NCBI RefSeq assembly: GCF_000186885.1 | Contig: NC_014972.1 | Location: forward strand, 1,290,001 to 1,322,000 | Direction of reading: 5' to 3' | DNA length: 32,000 nucleotides | DNA from: Desulfobulbus propionicus DSM 2032 | Lineage (GTDB): Bacteria; Desulfobacterota; Desulfobulbia; Desulfobulbales; Desulfobulbaceae | The notes under the pieces: model-generated | Seen by the model: only the letters and a program-made list of their open reading frames with translations | What the model was told of the DNA's origin: nothing | Database searches by the model: none | Position numbers and translations under genes: made by a program | Shown: positions 18,201-26,312 of the stretch, in pieces | How positions within the stretch are numbered: position 1 is the first letter of the stretch | Layout of the letters: each line of letters opens with the position of its first letter

Positions 18201-20632
18201 TGAACGGCGTCCGCGTACCACACCGGCACTCCGGCAGGAAGACCGGTCTTCCACGGCACCCGGCCATCGCCCTCGCCGGTCCAGCCGATCTCCATCCGGC
18301 CACGTTCGCAGCGCACGGCGATCGGTGTCGGTGCCTGGCCGGCCACGTACAGGCAACACTCCGGATCGAGCCGGGTCTTGCTCAGCTCGGCGACCACGGC
18401 GCGTGCCGCGGCCAGTGCTCCGTCCTGCGGCGGTATCCACGACCGCTCCTTTTTTTCGTCCTGGTCCTGGTCGTAGAATGTCTTCCAGGTCTGCGGGCTG
18501 AAATAGTCAAGCCCGTCAATGGCCGCGCCGTTCTCGCCCGGCCAGGGCAGCATCTCCAGCACGCCGGGGAAATCGCGGACAATGGCGAGAAACTCGCGCA
18601 TGTTGTGCTTCCAATCCACCCACCGTTCGATGGTCTGGACAAAATCGTCCCGCCCGAGCAGCACTGCGGCAATGGAATGCGATCCGGCGTTGGGCGTGCC
18701 CAGTTGCAGCAGGCGGCTGCCGGGCAGGGCCTTGAAGGCCGACCAACGGCTGGCGAGCGCGAGCCGTGCCACCAGGCCGCCCATGGAGTGGGCGACGATG
18801 CGCACCGGTTTGCCGCGTTTGTGGGCCTCGCGCATGGCGGTATCCAGTTCGTCGCCGAAGCGGACGGCCGCCGTGCTGATCGACCGGCGCCAGTCGTAGG
18901 CAAAGGGCCGGACCTCGTGGGTTTCGGCCAGGAAGCGGGCCAGTTTTTCGTAGCAGCGGTCCAGCCAGCCGTCCGGGGTGACGTCCGGATGGTCGATGCG
19001 CAAGGTGTCCATGCCGCCGGCGCAAAGGCTGATCGGATCGAACCAGATGCGGTTGCGGCCGACCTGGAGATGGCTGCCCATGATACCGGGCACGAGCAGG
19101 ACAATCGGCGCCTTGTCGCGGCGCTTGATCTCGACGCCGCCGCGGCTGATGACGGCCTGCGACGGGCCGTCGAGCCGTTCAAACTCGCTGTCCTTCCCTT
19201 GAAGGGCGTCGAGCAGGGCATCGGCGCTCTCGTCGCGGCGGAAATAGCTGAGGTGATGGACCTCGGAGCCGGTGAACCGTTTTTGTTTGATCCCCTGGGT
19301 GCGGAAGGCGCCGCCGCTCATCGACGGCGTGTTGACCACCAGGTCGGTCTGGCCGCCGTAAAACACCTCGGACAGGCAGTCGCCCAGCCAGGGCAGCAGA
19401 CCGTCGCCCTGGAAATCGCCGGCCAGCACATGCAGGGGCGAATCGACGCGCACATCGGCGTCATTGAGCAGACCCACCAGCGGCGAGTCGGGCATCATCG
19501 CCTCCAGGCCGGGGAGGATGCGGGCATCGGTGCGCTCCTTGACCACGGCGAGCAGAAAATTCTGCAACAGGTCAAAGCCCTTGGCCACCGGTTCGAGCAG
19601 GGGCAGGGCCTTGGCGCCGACTGCAAAGCCCTTGCCCATGAGGTTGGTCATGACGCTCGCCCAGCGGTCGAGCTTGCCCGAGGCGAGCGTGGTGCCGCGC
19701 GCCGGGCAGGCGACGCGCACGAACCGTTCCACCCGGATGGCGCGCCGCCGCAGCTCCTGATTGAGCTCGCGCAGCCGGTCGGCGTCGGCCTCGAAGCCCT
19801 CGCGGCCCGTCTTTTCCCCTTGTTCGCGGAAACGGTGGATCTCGCTTTCGGTGAAGGGGTCGCGGTCGGTCCGGTTGGCCCGGGTCAGGAGTTCGCCCAC
19901 CATGCCGCCGCGCGAATGGCTGACCAGGTGCAATCGTGCGTTTTCGGGCAGGGCTTTGATCAGGTCGAGCGCATTGGCGATCGGGCTGTCGGTGAGGGTG
20001 CGGTGTTCGAAGGCAAAGATGCGGCTTCCATAGAGCGTGACCAGTTGCCGCAGGCGGCCGCCATGTTCCCACAGGCCGCCGAAGCTGCCTTCGGTGGACG
20101 AGGCGGTGCCGTGGAGAAAGAGCAGGACCGGTTCGCCCGAGGCGGGCATCTTGTCCACCCGGTGCAGGTCGAAGCGGTCGGTGGCGCAGCGATACAGGCC
20201 GTTGCGATGATCCAGCCGGGCATCCTGAAAGCTGCCGGCGGCGATCAGGGCGGTCATGCCCGCCGGGCCCCGGCGGAAGATGCGCAAGCCCTTGAGCACC
20301 CAGGCGCCGATACCCTCGCGCGACAAGCCTTCCGGCAGACGCGGGCCGGTGAGGCGCAGGGCCTGGCCGACGCTGATCTCGCCCGCCGTGCCCTCGCCCC
20401 GCCCCAACGGTGTGCCAAGATAGCGCTCCATATCGCCGGCCGCCACCAGCAGACGCATGCCGTTGGCCAGCTCCAATTCGACGACATCGTCGGCTTCCAG
20501 GGGCCGTGGCGTGGCGATGGCCTCGGCACCCCGCGCCGCCCCGTCAAGGCGGTAGGTTTCGGCCTCCCATCCGGCGATGTGTTCCTCTTGAACCGCTGAA
20601 CCTTCAATCTTGAGAGTGATGGTGTCGCTCAT
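15263..20632 (-). CDS. 1789-aa multidomain protein: N-terminal region, alpha/beta-hydrolase 1, LCAT/PGAP1-like alpha/beta-hydrolase 2, unknown middle domain, CHAT caspase-fold protease, C-terminal helical (TPR-like) region
   Basis: SD AGGAGG before ATG 20632. Hydrolase 1 (aa ~165-320): VLLFLHGTASSTEGSF...LHLVSHSRGGMVGELL, with S240 in an SHSRG elbow. Hydrolase 2 (aa ~505-700): PIVLLVPGIMGSHL...FAYDWRRS...VRIVAHSMGGLVARLA, with S616. CHAT (aa ~1160-1435): AYPWELM...YRFIHLAGHGV...EFVFINCCHLGS, a His1300 / Cys1340-1341 dyad. The tail (aa ~1450-1789) is helical. Confidence 0.85.
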   Translation of the reverse strand: MSDTITLKIEGSAVQEEHIAGWEAETYRLDGAARGAEAIATPRPLEADDVVELELANGMRLLVAAGDMERYLGTPLGRGEGTAGEISVGQALRLTGPRLPEGLSREGIGAWVLKGLRIFRRGPAGMTALIAAGSFQDARLDHRNGLYRCATDRFDLHRVDKMPASGEPVLLFLHGTASSTEGSFGGLWEHGGRLRQLVTLYGSRIFAFEHRTLTDSPIANALDLIKALPENARLHLVSHSRGGMVGELLTRANRTDRDPFTESEIHRFREQGEKTGREGFEADADRLRELNQELRRRAIRVERFVRVACPARGTTLASGKLDRWASVMTNLMGKGFAVGAKALPLLEPVAKGFDLLQNFLLAVVKERTDARILPGLEAMMPDSPLVGLLNDADVRVDSPLHVLAGDFQGDGLLPWLGDCLSEVFYGGQTDLVVNTPSMSGGAFRTQGIKQKRFTGSEVHHLSYFRRDESADALLDALQGKDSEFERLDGPSQAVISRGGVEIKRRDKAPIVLLVPGIMGSHLQVGRNRIWFDPISLCAGGMDTLRIDHPDVTPDGWLDRCYEKLARFLAETHEVRPFAYDWRRSISTAAVRFGDELDTAMREAHKRGKPVRIVAHSMGGLVARLALASRWSAFKALPGSRLLQLGTPNAGSHSIAAVLLGRDDFVQTIERWVDWKHNMREFLAIVRDFPGVLEMLPWPGENGAAIDGLDYFSPQTWKTFYDQDQDEKKERSWIPPQDGALAAARAVVAELSKTRLDPECCLYVAGQAPTPIAVRCERGRMEIGWTGEGDGRVPWKTGLPAGVPVWYADAVHGDLAAHEDAFTAYRELLDHGTTRLLARSGVGARGETAVVYQARGLTGNGLYPSADEVLAAATGGARPGRRSRHKGEAPVVIEVIHGSLASAEAPVLIGAYAGDPLRGSAKFLSDHLEGRMERARAIGRYPCQPGDAMVFRQTEAGAKPAGAIVVGLGPIGELLPGTLTQALTQGLLEYARIMEQQCEADPSQPKRLAVSSLLVGTGFAGLPLESGARCLVEALRRANRLLQQSGMKTRIGSLALFEEVEGRAIATVQALSELVGESRFAEVVRFDGRLRDGQGGYRGRCEASGGQQGMYRVHIVADKGRLRFTVVTDRARNEVSIEPDQRQAVDGLIRTATGRTLDQPGLSRALFELLVPNGMKEAVADLRTLMLSVDAKAAAYPWELMRDTDQAGEAPLTARIELVRQLATPHGRGRVPVVQDKQAFIVGDTESGMLDLPGAQSEGRTVAEFFTRAEYRVRRLDKPPAQDVFDGLFNGHYRFIHLAGHGVVRDKKTGCTGMVLGPDTFLTSAQVSKLRRVPEFVFINCCHLGSMKGDAEQPWGELAANLATEFIQMGCKAVIAAGWAVDDLAAATFARTFYEAMFKGSRFGQALLQARAATHRDHPQTNTWGAFQAYGDERYRFPVADNDDDQKPAQYVHPSHLIADLEMLGARLKDVTPAERTNFYTKQLKQIEKAARGADVHHAGVREQLAAAWAELGDRERAIEHYRAALGFEDAAFSLHAVEQLANLEIRHGATLLEGTGKDDKQTAELRARGTALMKAGRRRLQQLLALGETVERRSLLGSYWKRLTQAGVAQGNITEADTWLSNLESEYWQAAELSYRRTGSWDYYPLLNALDAAFVLAVRGRRERFDQLLPQLPGLLAAAADNGRSRFAENRQFFHALAEVEAERVNGLWACLDGRTHQALTADGELQRLIGLYHGLFTRLGSGREQDSTANQLRFLIALLPQEEPHAVIRSSLQRLAEGMASDPAAPPA

Positions 20633-20745
20633 GGTGGCCTCCTGGATGGGATGATCGTGTCGGTGCTATTGATGTTCAGCAAATTGTTAACGTGGTCGTG
20701 CCGTGATTGTCCGCCTCCCTTGGTGGAGTGATTGCATGGCCATGG

Positions 20746-22092
20746 TCAATACCGCACCGTCGCCATCACCATCCCGGCGGTCCAGTTCTCGTCGTCGCCA
20801 AAACGCTGCTTGGCGCCGTCGTCGGGCAGGGCGTAGGCGCCGACCAGGGAGAGGGTCAGGTGCGGGGTGGCCGTCCAATCGACAATCAGGTTCCACTCGT
20901 CCACATAGTCGTCGCTAGTCACGCCCATGGCCTGGGCATCGTGGAGGCTGAAGGCGTAGTGGATCAGGTTGACCGTCAGCGGTTCGGCTGGCTGCAGCTT
21001 GAGGCGCAGCATGTGCGAGTCGAGGTTCTCGTTGAACAGGTCGTACTCGCCGGTGATCTCGCCCTGGAACCAGGAACCCCAGTCCACGGCGCTGTAAAAG
21101 AGGACGTCGTAGTCTTCGTCGAAACTGGCGTAGCGGTAGGTCAGCTCCGGCTTCCAGGGCAGTTGCGCGAACTGGTAGCTGACCGAGGCGTACCAGCCGC
21201 TGCCGTCGTCCATGCCGTCCTCCCGGTCTTCGCGGACAAATTCGGCAGCGAATGTGAGCGGCTGCAGGGCGGCCGGCCCCTGGCCCAACTCGAACGGTTT
21301 GACGCTGCCGCGCAGATCAAAGAGGTGCATGCCGTCGCGGGAGGGGACGTCGGATTCGAGGGCGGCCATCGTGCCGCCGAGGGTGGCGGTCGGGGTGAAG
21401 GCGTATTCCACCGTGGCGCCGCCGGCACTGGTGTTGTAGGGAAAGAGGCTGTTGTTTTCGAAATAGAACAGATCGCCGGACCAGGGGCCGATTTTTATCC
21501 GGGCGATGGCCGCGTAATCGGCGCTTCGGCGGCCGCCGAGGTAGTAGGCGGCACGGCGGAAGCCTGCCCCGCCCTCGCTGCCGAACAGGAAGGCGGTGCC
21601 GGTGGTGTAGATCTGACGGCCAAAGGAGAGATCGAGGAAGTCGGTGCCCAGGGAAGAAAAGAGCGTGCCCGACCGCCAGCCGAGATAGGCCTTGTCGATC
21701 CCCAGCCAGCTGACATCGCCCAACTCGGCGTTGGTGAAGCTGGCATCGATGCCGCCGAAGGTGTTGGCCTGGACCACGTCGATCCGGCCGTAGATGGACT
21801 GGCTGTTGGCCAGGACAACCTGCCCTTCCAGGCCGGGACGGATCAACGATTCCGACCAGGAATCGATATCGGTGCCGAATTTCGCCCTGTCCGCGCCGTA
21901 CCAGGCGTTGTCCTGGCTGAAGTAGGCGTAGTCCACGCCCAGAGTGGCCTGGAGGTAGCTGCCGCGCGTGTCTTGGTAAAAGCGGAGCGGATTGGTGTCG
22001 CCCTCGCCGGCAAGCGGCGCTGCCGGCCAGGCGAGCGCGGCGAGCAAGGCGGCGAGGGCGGTGGTTCGTGGGGGAATGTGGTCCTGGTCCAT
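20746..22092 (-). CDS. Outer-membrane beta-barrel protein (porin / alginate-export-like)
   Basis: ATG 22092 gives the signal-peptide-like MDQDHIPPRTTALAALLAALAWPAAPLAGEG. Alternating aromatic/Gly-rich strands occur throughout, and the C-terminus ...GMVMATVRY ends in an aromatic residue as in OMP beta-signals. Confidence 0.6.
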   Translation of the reverse strand: MDQDHIPPRTTALAALLAALAWPAAPLAGEGDTNPLRFYQDTRGSYLQATLGVDYAYFSQDNAWYGADRAKFGTDIDSWSESLIRPGLEGQVVLANSQSIYGRIDVVQANTFGGIDASFTNAELGDVSWLGIDKAYLGWRSGTLFSSLGTDFLDLSFGRQIYTTGTAFLFGSEGGAGFRRAAYYLGGRRSADYAAIARIKIGPWSGDLFYFENNSLFPYNTSAGGATVEYAFTPTATLGGTMAALESDVPSRDGMHLFDLRGSVKPFELGQGPAALQPLTFAAEFVREDREDGMDDGSGWYASVSYQFAQLPWKPELTYRYASFDEDYDVLFYSAVDWGSWFQGEITGEYDLFNENLDSHMLRLKLQPAEPLTVNLIHYAFSLHDAQAMGVTSDDYVDEWNLIVDWTATPHLTLSLVGAYALPDDGAKQRFGDDENWTAGMVMATVRY

Positions 22093-22219
22093 GGAAGCAC
22101 TGAAGATCGGTTGAAGGTGGATGGGAAGGCGGCGCGGGGCCGATCGGTCGAGAGCCGGCTCCGCGCCGCGTAACAACGGGTTGCCGAAACCGGCCTTCGA
22201 GGCCGACCCCGGCGGGCAA

Positions 22220-23011
22220 TTATTGGAAGATCTTGAACCGCCGCGCTGTTTTCGTTCCGAAGATCTGCGGCGTTTGCGGCAGGCGGGTCGAGGGCAGATA
22301 GGCGCGGATGGCGTTGAACCATTTTTCGTAGCTGGTCGGCTTGGCCTCGCGCAGGGCCTTGAGGGCGTAGAAGGTGAAGGCGCCGTTGGGCCGGCCGTTG
22401 AAGCGGGTGTCGTAGCTGTATTCGGTGTCCAGGCAACCCGCCAACAGCAGGTCGCCGCCAGCCCGGGTGAAGCCGCCGCGCGGGATGGCGGCGCGCAGCT
22501 GCGCCGGCGGCAGGTCTTCCTTGGCCATCCATGCCTCGGGCGGCATGAAGCGGATGCGGGGCACGCCGGGATCGATATCCTCCTCGGAACCCCGGGTCAC
22601 CGAGCCCGAATGACAGCTGTCGGAGATGAGCACGATGCGCACCCCTGCCTTGCGGCGGCTGAACAGGGCGTGGATGTCGTCGTCAAGCAGGGCGCCCTTG
22701 GTGGCCAGATCATGGGGGCAGAGGGCCTCGTCGCGACCGTCGGGTTCGTCGCCGCTCCTGTCCGGTACCCAGGTGCCGTGGCCGGAATAGGTGAAGATCA
22801 GGCTGTCGCCCTTGGCCGCGCCGTCGATCAGACCACCGATGGCCGCGACCATGGCCGCCTTGGTGGCGGCGGCGTCGAGCAGTTTGTCGACCGTGAAGCC
22901 GCGCGCGGTCAATTCGGCGGCCCAGTCGTTGGCGTCGTTGACGCAGCCGGAGAGATCGTTTTGGGTGCCGGGATAGTCGTTGATGCCGATGCACAGTGCT
23001 TTTTTGCTCAT
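22220..23011 (-). CDS. Caspase-family (peptidase C14, metacaspase/orthocaspase-like) protein, 263 aa
   Basis: ALCIGINDYPG...LSGCVNDA...LIFTYSGHGT (catalytic His) ...VLISDSCHSGS (catalytic Cys). SD AGGAGG precedes ATG 23011. No signal peptide is seen. Confidence 0.85.
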   Translation of the reverse strand: MSKKALCIGINDYPGTQNDLSGCVNDANDWAAELTARGFTVDKLLDAAATKAAMVAAIGGLIDGAAKGDSLIFTYSGHGTWVPDRSGDEPDGRDEALCPHDLATKGALLDDDIHALFSRRKAGVRIVLISDSCHSGSVTRGSEEDIDPGVPRIRFMPPEAWMAKEDLPPAQLRAAIPRGGFTRAGGDLLLAGCLDTEYSYDTRFNGRPNGAFTFYALKALREAKPTSYEKWFNAIRAYLPSTRLPQTPQIFGTKTARRFKIFQ

Positions 23012-23106
23012 GGTAGCCTCCTGAAGGGGTGGGTGGGGGAAAGACTCCTTGCGCAGGGTGGAGAGGCGCGGGCGGCGTTCTGAATCGATGCCGGCGTCAG
23101 TGCTGA

Positions 23107-23135
23107 TTTTTACGTGAGATGATGGTGTAAGTCAA
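23107..23135 (-). promoter_or_regulatory. Sigma-70-type promoter candidate upstream of the caspase-like gene
   Basis: The minus strand reads TTGACT-17 nt-TAAAAA about 95 nt upstream of ATG 23011. An 8-bp hairpin (AAGGCTTT...AAAGCCTT) downstream of the helicase stop immediately precedes it. Confidence 0.4.
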
Positions 23136-23218
23136 GGCTTTTTCAGTATTTTCCCGAAAGCCTTGGCAGGGGGAAAGGTGGTTTTGCTTGGTCGTGGCCG
23201 GGAGCCGCGTCGAGCGAA

Positions 23219-25681
23219 TCAGGGACCTTCCCGATGCTGCAGATGGGCCAACACCAGGTTGATTTCGCCGTAGGTGTAGTCGTCGCCCAGGGCCTCCTTC
23301 ACGGCCTTGAGCGAGCCGGCCTGCACGGTGGCGAGCCGCTCTTCGAGCTCGCGCAGCCGTTCCTTGGGCAACAGGCCGTCGATGGCGAGCTCGCCCGCCT
23401 TGATGAAGTAGGCCAGGTGGCCCTCGACGGTCTGGGTGGTCAGGCCGCGCTGGGCGGCGATCTCGGCGATGGAGAGGCCATCCCGCAGCATTTCCAGGCT
23501 GGTCTTCTTGGTGTCTTCCCGTTTGCCCGCCTTTTTCCGCTCGCCGGTGGGACCGATGCTGTGGGGAAGGGGCAGGGTGACGCTGTCGATGCGGTGCTCG
23601 CTGCGATACGCGTTCACCAGGGCCACGATCTCGGCACCGTATTTCTCGGCCAGCTTGGCGCCGACGCCCTTGATCGTTCGCAGTGCCTTGAGGCTGTCGG
23701 GCAGGTGGACCGCGATCTGGATGAGGGTCTTCTGGTGCAGCACCTGAAACGGGGCAATATTGGCCGCCTTGGCCCGCTCGGCGCGCCAGTGCCGCAGTTG
23801 GCGGAACAGCTCCGGGTGGCCGACATCGGCCTCGGTGTAGATCGAGGTGGATTTGTCCGGACGCTGGTCCGCCTCCAGGAGCGCGGCCGACAGGGCGCGG
23901 AGGTAACGGCCCGGGGAAAAATCCTCGCCGCAGGCGACGATGGCCGCCAGCTTGGCCGCGCACTCCTGCCGGAGCTGTTTGATCACCTCATTGATCCGCT
24001 TGCGCACCTCCTTGTTGTCCGATTCCACCTCCAGTCCGTCGACGCAGGGTTTGAGCACGGTATCGAACTGCTCGCGGAAATAGCCCGCCGCCTTGGCCAG
24101 CCGTTCGCGGATGACCGGGTCCCTGGCGGGTTCCTTGTCCGCCTGAAACAGGGTGCGCAGCTGGCGGCGGAAGTTGTCGCCCACGGTGCAGATCGCTTCC
24201 TGGGTCGTGCGCTGCACGTCGAACAGATCGGCCCCGGCCGTTATCGTCACGATGCTCGCGTTGCCGCGCACCAGCCCCACCAGCCGGCCGAGCAGCCGGG
24301 CCAGGGTTTGGAAATCGTAGCACTGGTCGAGCAGCTGCTGCTGATAGCGGATCTTGGCCGTTTGCAGGGTGGCCTCGGTGGGGGCCTGGCTTTCGATGGC
24401 GGCGACGAAATCGAGCACCGCCGGATCGGTGCGGATGGCGTTGGCGACAATCGGCGAACTCAGCACCAGCCCCTCGAAGGTGCGGCAGCGGCTCAGGGCC
24501 ACATAGACCTGGCCGTGGGCAAAGGCGTCCTGGGCGTCGATCACCGCCCGGTCAAAGGTCAGGCCCTGGCTCTTGTGGATGGTGATGGCCCAGGCCGGCT
24601 TGAGCGGCACCTGGTTGAAGCTGCCCACCACCTTGGGCGAGATCTCGGCGGTGTCGGCATCGACCCGGTATTCAATGTTCTCCCAGGTGACCGGCTTGAC
24701 CTCGATGGTCTCGGGCTCGCCCGGACAGTCGACCCGGATGGTGTCGCGGCCGAGATGGGCGATGGTGCCGATCTTGCCGTTGAAATAGCGTTTTTCTGGT
24801 GAGGTGTCGTTGCGCACGAACATCACCTGCGCCCCCACCTTCAGCTCCAGACTGGCGGCGGTGGGGAAGGCGTATTCGGGAAAGCTGCCCTCGACCCCGG
24901 CCTCAAAGCAACGGCTGGAACCGGGCAGGGCGTCGAGCCTCTTGTGGTTGATGGCGTCGGCGCTGTTGTTGTGGGTGCACAGGGTGATGACCCCCTCGGC
25001 CTCCTGCGGGGAGAAATCGGGCCGAAAGCGGCTGTTGAGCGTCGCCAGGCTGGCCGCGTCGAGGCGGTTGTCGCGCACCCGATTGAGCAGGTCGATGAAG
25101 CGGCCATCCGACTGGCGGTAGATGTGTTTAAGTTCGATCGGGATCAGTTCAAGCCGCGAGAGCGCCCGGCTGCTGAAGAAGTAGGGCGAGGCGTACTGGC
25201 CGGCGAGCAGCTGCCATTCGTCCTCCTTGACCACCGGCGGCAACTGATGCAGGTCGCCGATCATCAGCAGCTGCACGCCGCCAAAGGGCAGCTCGGAGCG
25301 GCGGTAGCGGCGCAATACCGTATCGACCCCGTCGAGCAGATCGGCCCGCACCATGCTGATTTCGTCGATCACCAGCAGATCGAGGCTGTTGATGATGTTG
25401 CGTTTTTCCCGGCTGACCCGGTGCCGGCCGCCGTGCAGCTCGGTGCCGGGGAGAAAGGGGCCAAAGGGTAGCTGGAAAAAGGAGTGGAGGGTAACGCCGC
25501 CGGCATTGATCGCCGCCACCCCGGTGGGCGCGGTCACCACCAGCCGCTTGTGGGTCTGCTGTTTGATCTGGTGGAGGAAGGTGGTCTTGCCGGTGCCCGC
25601 CTTGCCGGTGAGAAACAGGCAGCAGTTGGTGTGCTCGACAAAGGCGTGCGCCAGGTGCAGTTCGGGGTTGGGAGGGCTCAT
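23219..25681 (-). CDS. Pif1/RecD-like superfamily-1 DNA helicase with C-terminal HRDC and HTH regions
   Basis: Walker A is LFLTGKAGTGKTTFL, followed by VVTAPTGVAAINAGGVTLHSFF and the DEISMV Walker B. An HRDC-like segment (LFRQLRHWRAERAKAANIAPFQVLHQKTLIQIA...IKGVGAKLAEKYG) is present. The C-terminus is LSIAEIAAQRGLTTQTVEGHL. Confidence 0.85.
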   Translation of the reverse strand: MSPPNPELHLAHAFVEHTNCCLFLTGKAGTGKTTFLHQIKQQTHKRLVVTAPTGVAAINAGGVTLHSFFQLPFGPFLPGTELHGGRHRVSREKRNIINSLDLLVIDEISMVRADLLDGVDTVLRRYRRSELPFGGVQLLMIGDLHQLPPVVKEDEWQLLAGQYASPYFFSSRALSRLELIPIELKHIYRQSDGRFIDLLNRVRDNRLDAASLATLNSRFRPDFSPQEAEGVITLCTHNNSADAINHKRLDALPGSSRCFEAGVEGSFPEYAFPTAASLELKVGAQVMFVRNDTSPEKRYFNGKIGTIAHLGRDTIRVDCPGEPETIEVKPVTWENIEYRVDADTAEISPKVVGSFNQVPLKPAWAITIHKSQGLTFDRAVIDAQDAFAHGQVYVALSRCRTFEGLVLSSPIVANAIRTDPAVLDFVAAIESQAPTEATLQTAKIRYQQQLLDQCYDFQTLARLLGRLVGLVRGNASIVTITAGADLFDVQRTTQEAICTVGDNFRRQLRTLFQADKEPARDPVIRERLAKAAGYFREQFDTVLKPCVDGLEVESDNKEVRKRINEVIKQLRQECAAKLAAIVACGEDFSPGRYLRALSAALLEADQRPDKSTSIYTEADVGHPELFRQLRHWRAERAKAANIAPFQVLHQKTLIQIAVHLPDSLKALRTIKGVGAKLAEKYGAEIVALVNAYRSEHRIDSVTLPLPHSIGPTGERKKAGKREDTKKTSLEMLRDGLSIAEIAAQRGLTTQTVEGHLAYFIKAGELAIDGLLPKERLRELEERLATVQAGSLKAVKEALGDDYTYGEINLVLAHLQHREGP

Positions 25682-25756
25682 CGATGCTCAGGAGGGCAGG
25701 GGTGGACAACGAAGCGGGCACTCTACCCCATTTGCCAGCCAGCGGCAAGGCCCGCC

Positions 25757-26173
25757 TCATTCAGGTTTGCGGCGCAGGGCCTTGGTGCGCGCATGACGCG
25801 TTTTGCTTTCCAGCCGCCGCTTGCGCGCCGCCAAGGTGGGCTTGGTGGGCCGCCGTTTTTTGCGGGTGGCGCCCGCGGCACGGATCAGTTCGAGCAACCG
25901 TTCCACGGCGGCCTCCCGGTTCTTCTCCAGGCTGCGAAACTCCTGGGCCTTGATCACCAGCACCCCGTCCTCGGTGAGGCGCTGGTCGTGCAGGGCGAGC
26001 AAGCGGGCCTTGATCGTTTCCGGCAGCGACGAGGCGCGGATATCGAAACGGAGATGCACGGCGTTGCTCACCTTGTTGACGTTCTGTCCGCCCGAGCCCT
26101 GGGCACGGATGGCGGTCAGCTCGATCTCGGCGGCGTCGATGCTCAGGGTGGGGGTGATGGGGATGGTCGGCAT
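25757..26173 (-). CDS. arfB: Alternative ribosome-rescue factor ArfB (peptidyl-tRNA hydrolase, YaeJ family)
   Basis: 138 aa with the GGQ motif (RAQGSGGQNVNKVSNAVHLRFD) and a basic C-terminal tail (RKKRRPTKPTLAARKRRLESKTRHARTKALRRKPE). Confidence 0.9.
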   Translation of the reverse strand: MPTIPITPTLSIDAAEIELTAIRAQGSGGQNVNKVSNAVHLRFDIRASSLPETIKARLLALHDQRLTEDGVLVIKAQEFRSLEKNREAAVERLLELIRAAGATRKKRRPTKPTLAARKRRLESKTRHARTKALRRKPE

Positions 26174-26261
26174 GGGTGTCTCAACAAATGTGAACTGGAA
26201 CCAGTAGGGAGCCGGTGAGCTGAATCGAATATTGCTGGTCGCGATTGGTACAACAATGCCG

Positions 26262-26294
26262 CAAAAAACAAAAGGGGCTTTTGCAAGCCCCTTT
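26262..26294 (-). terminator. Rho-independent terminator after the cytochrome gene
   Basis: The minus strand reads AAAGGGGCTT-GCAA-AAGCCCCTTT followed by TGTTTTTTG, about 20 nt after the stop at 26313. Confidence 0.65.
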
Positions 26295-26312
26295 CCTTGA
26301 TTTCCGATCTGT

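Noticed and set aside
15335-20599. 1754-aa ORF on the plus strand, antisense to the giant gene
   Set aside because: The translation is low-complexity (G/A/R/Q/H-rich) with no motifs. The minus-strand frame carries GxSxG and CHAT motifs and an SD. This is a typical shadow ORF of a high-GC gene.
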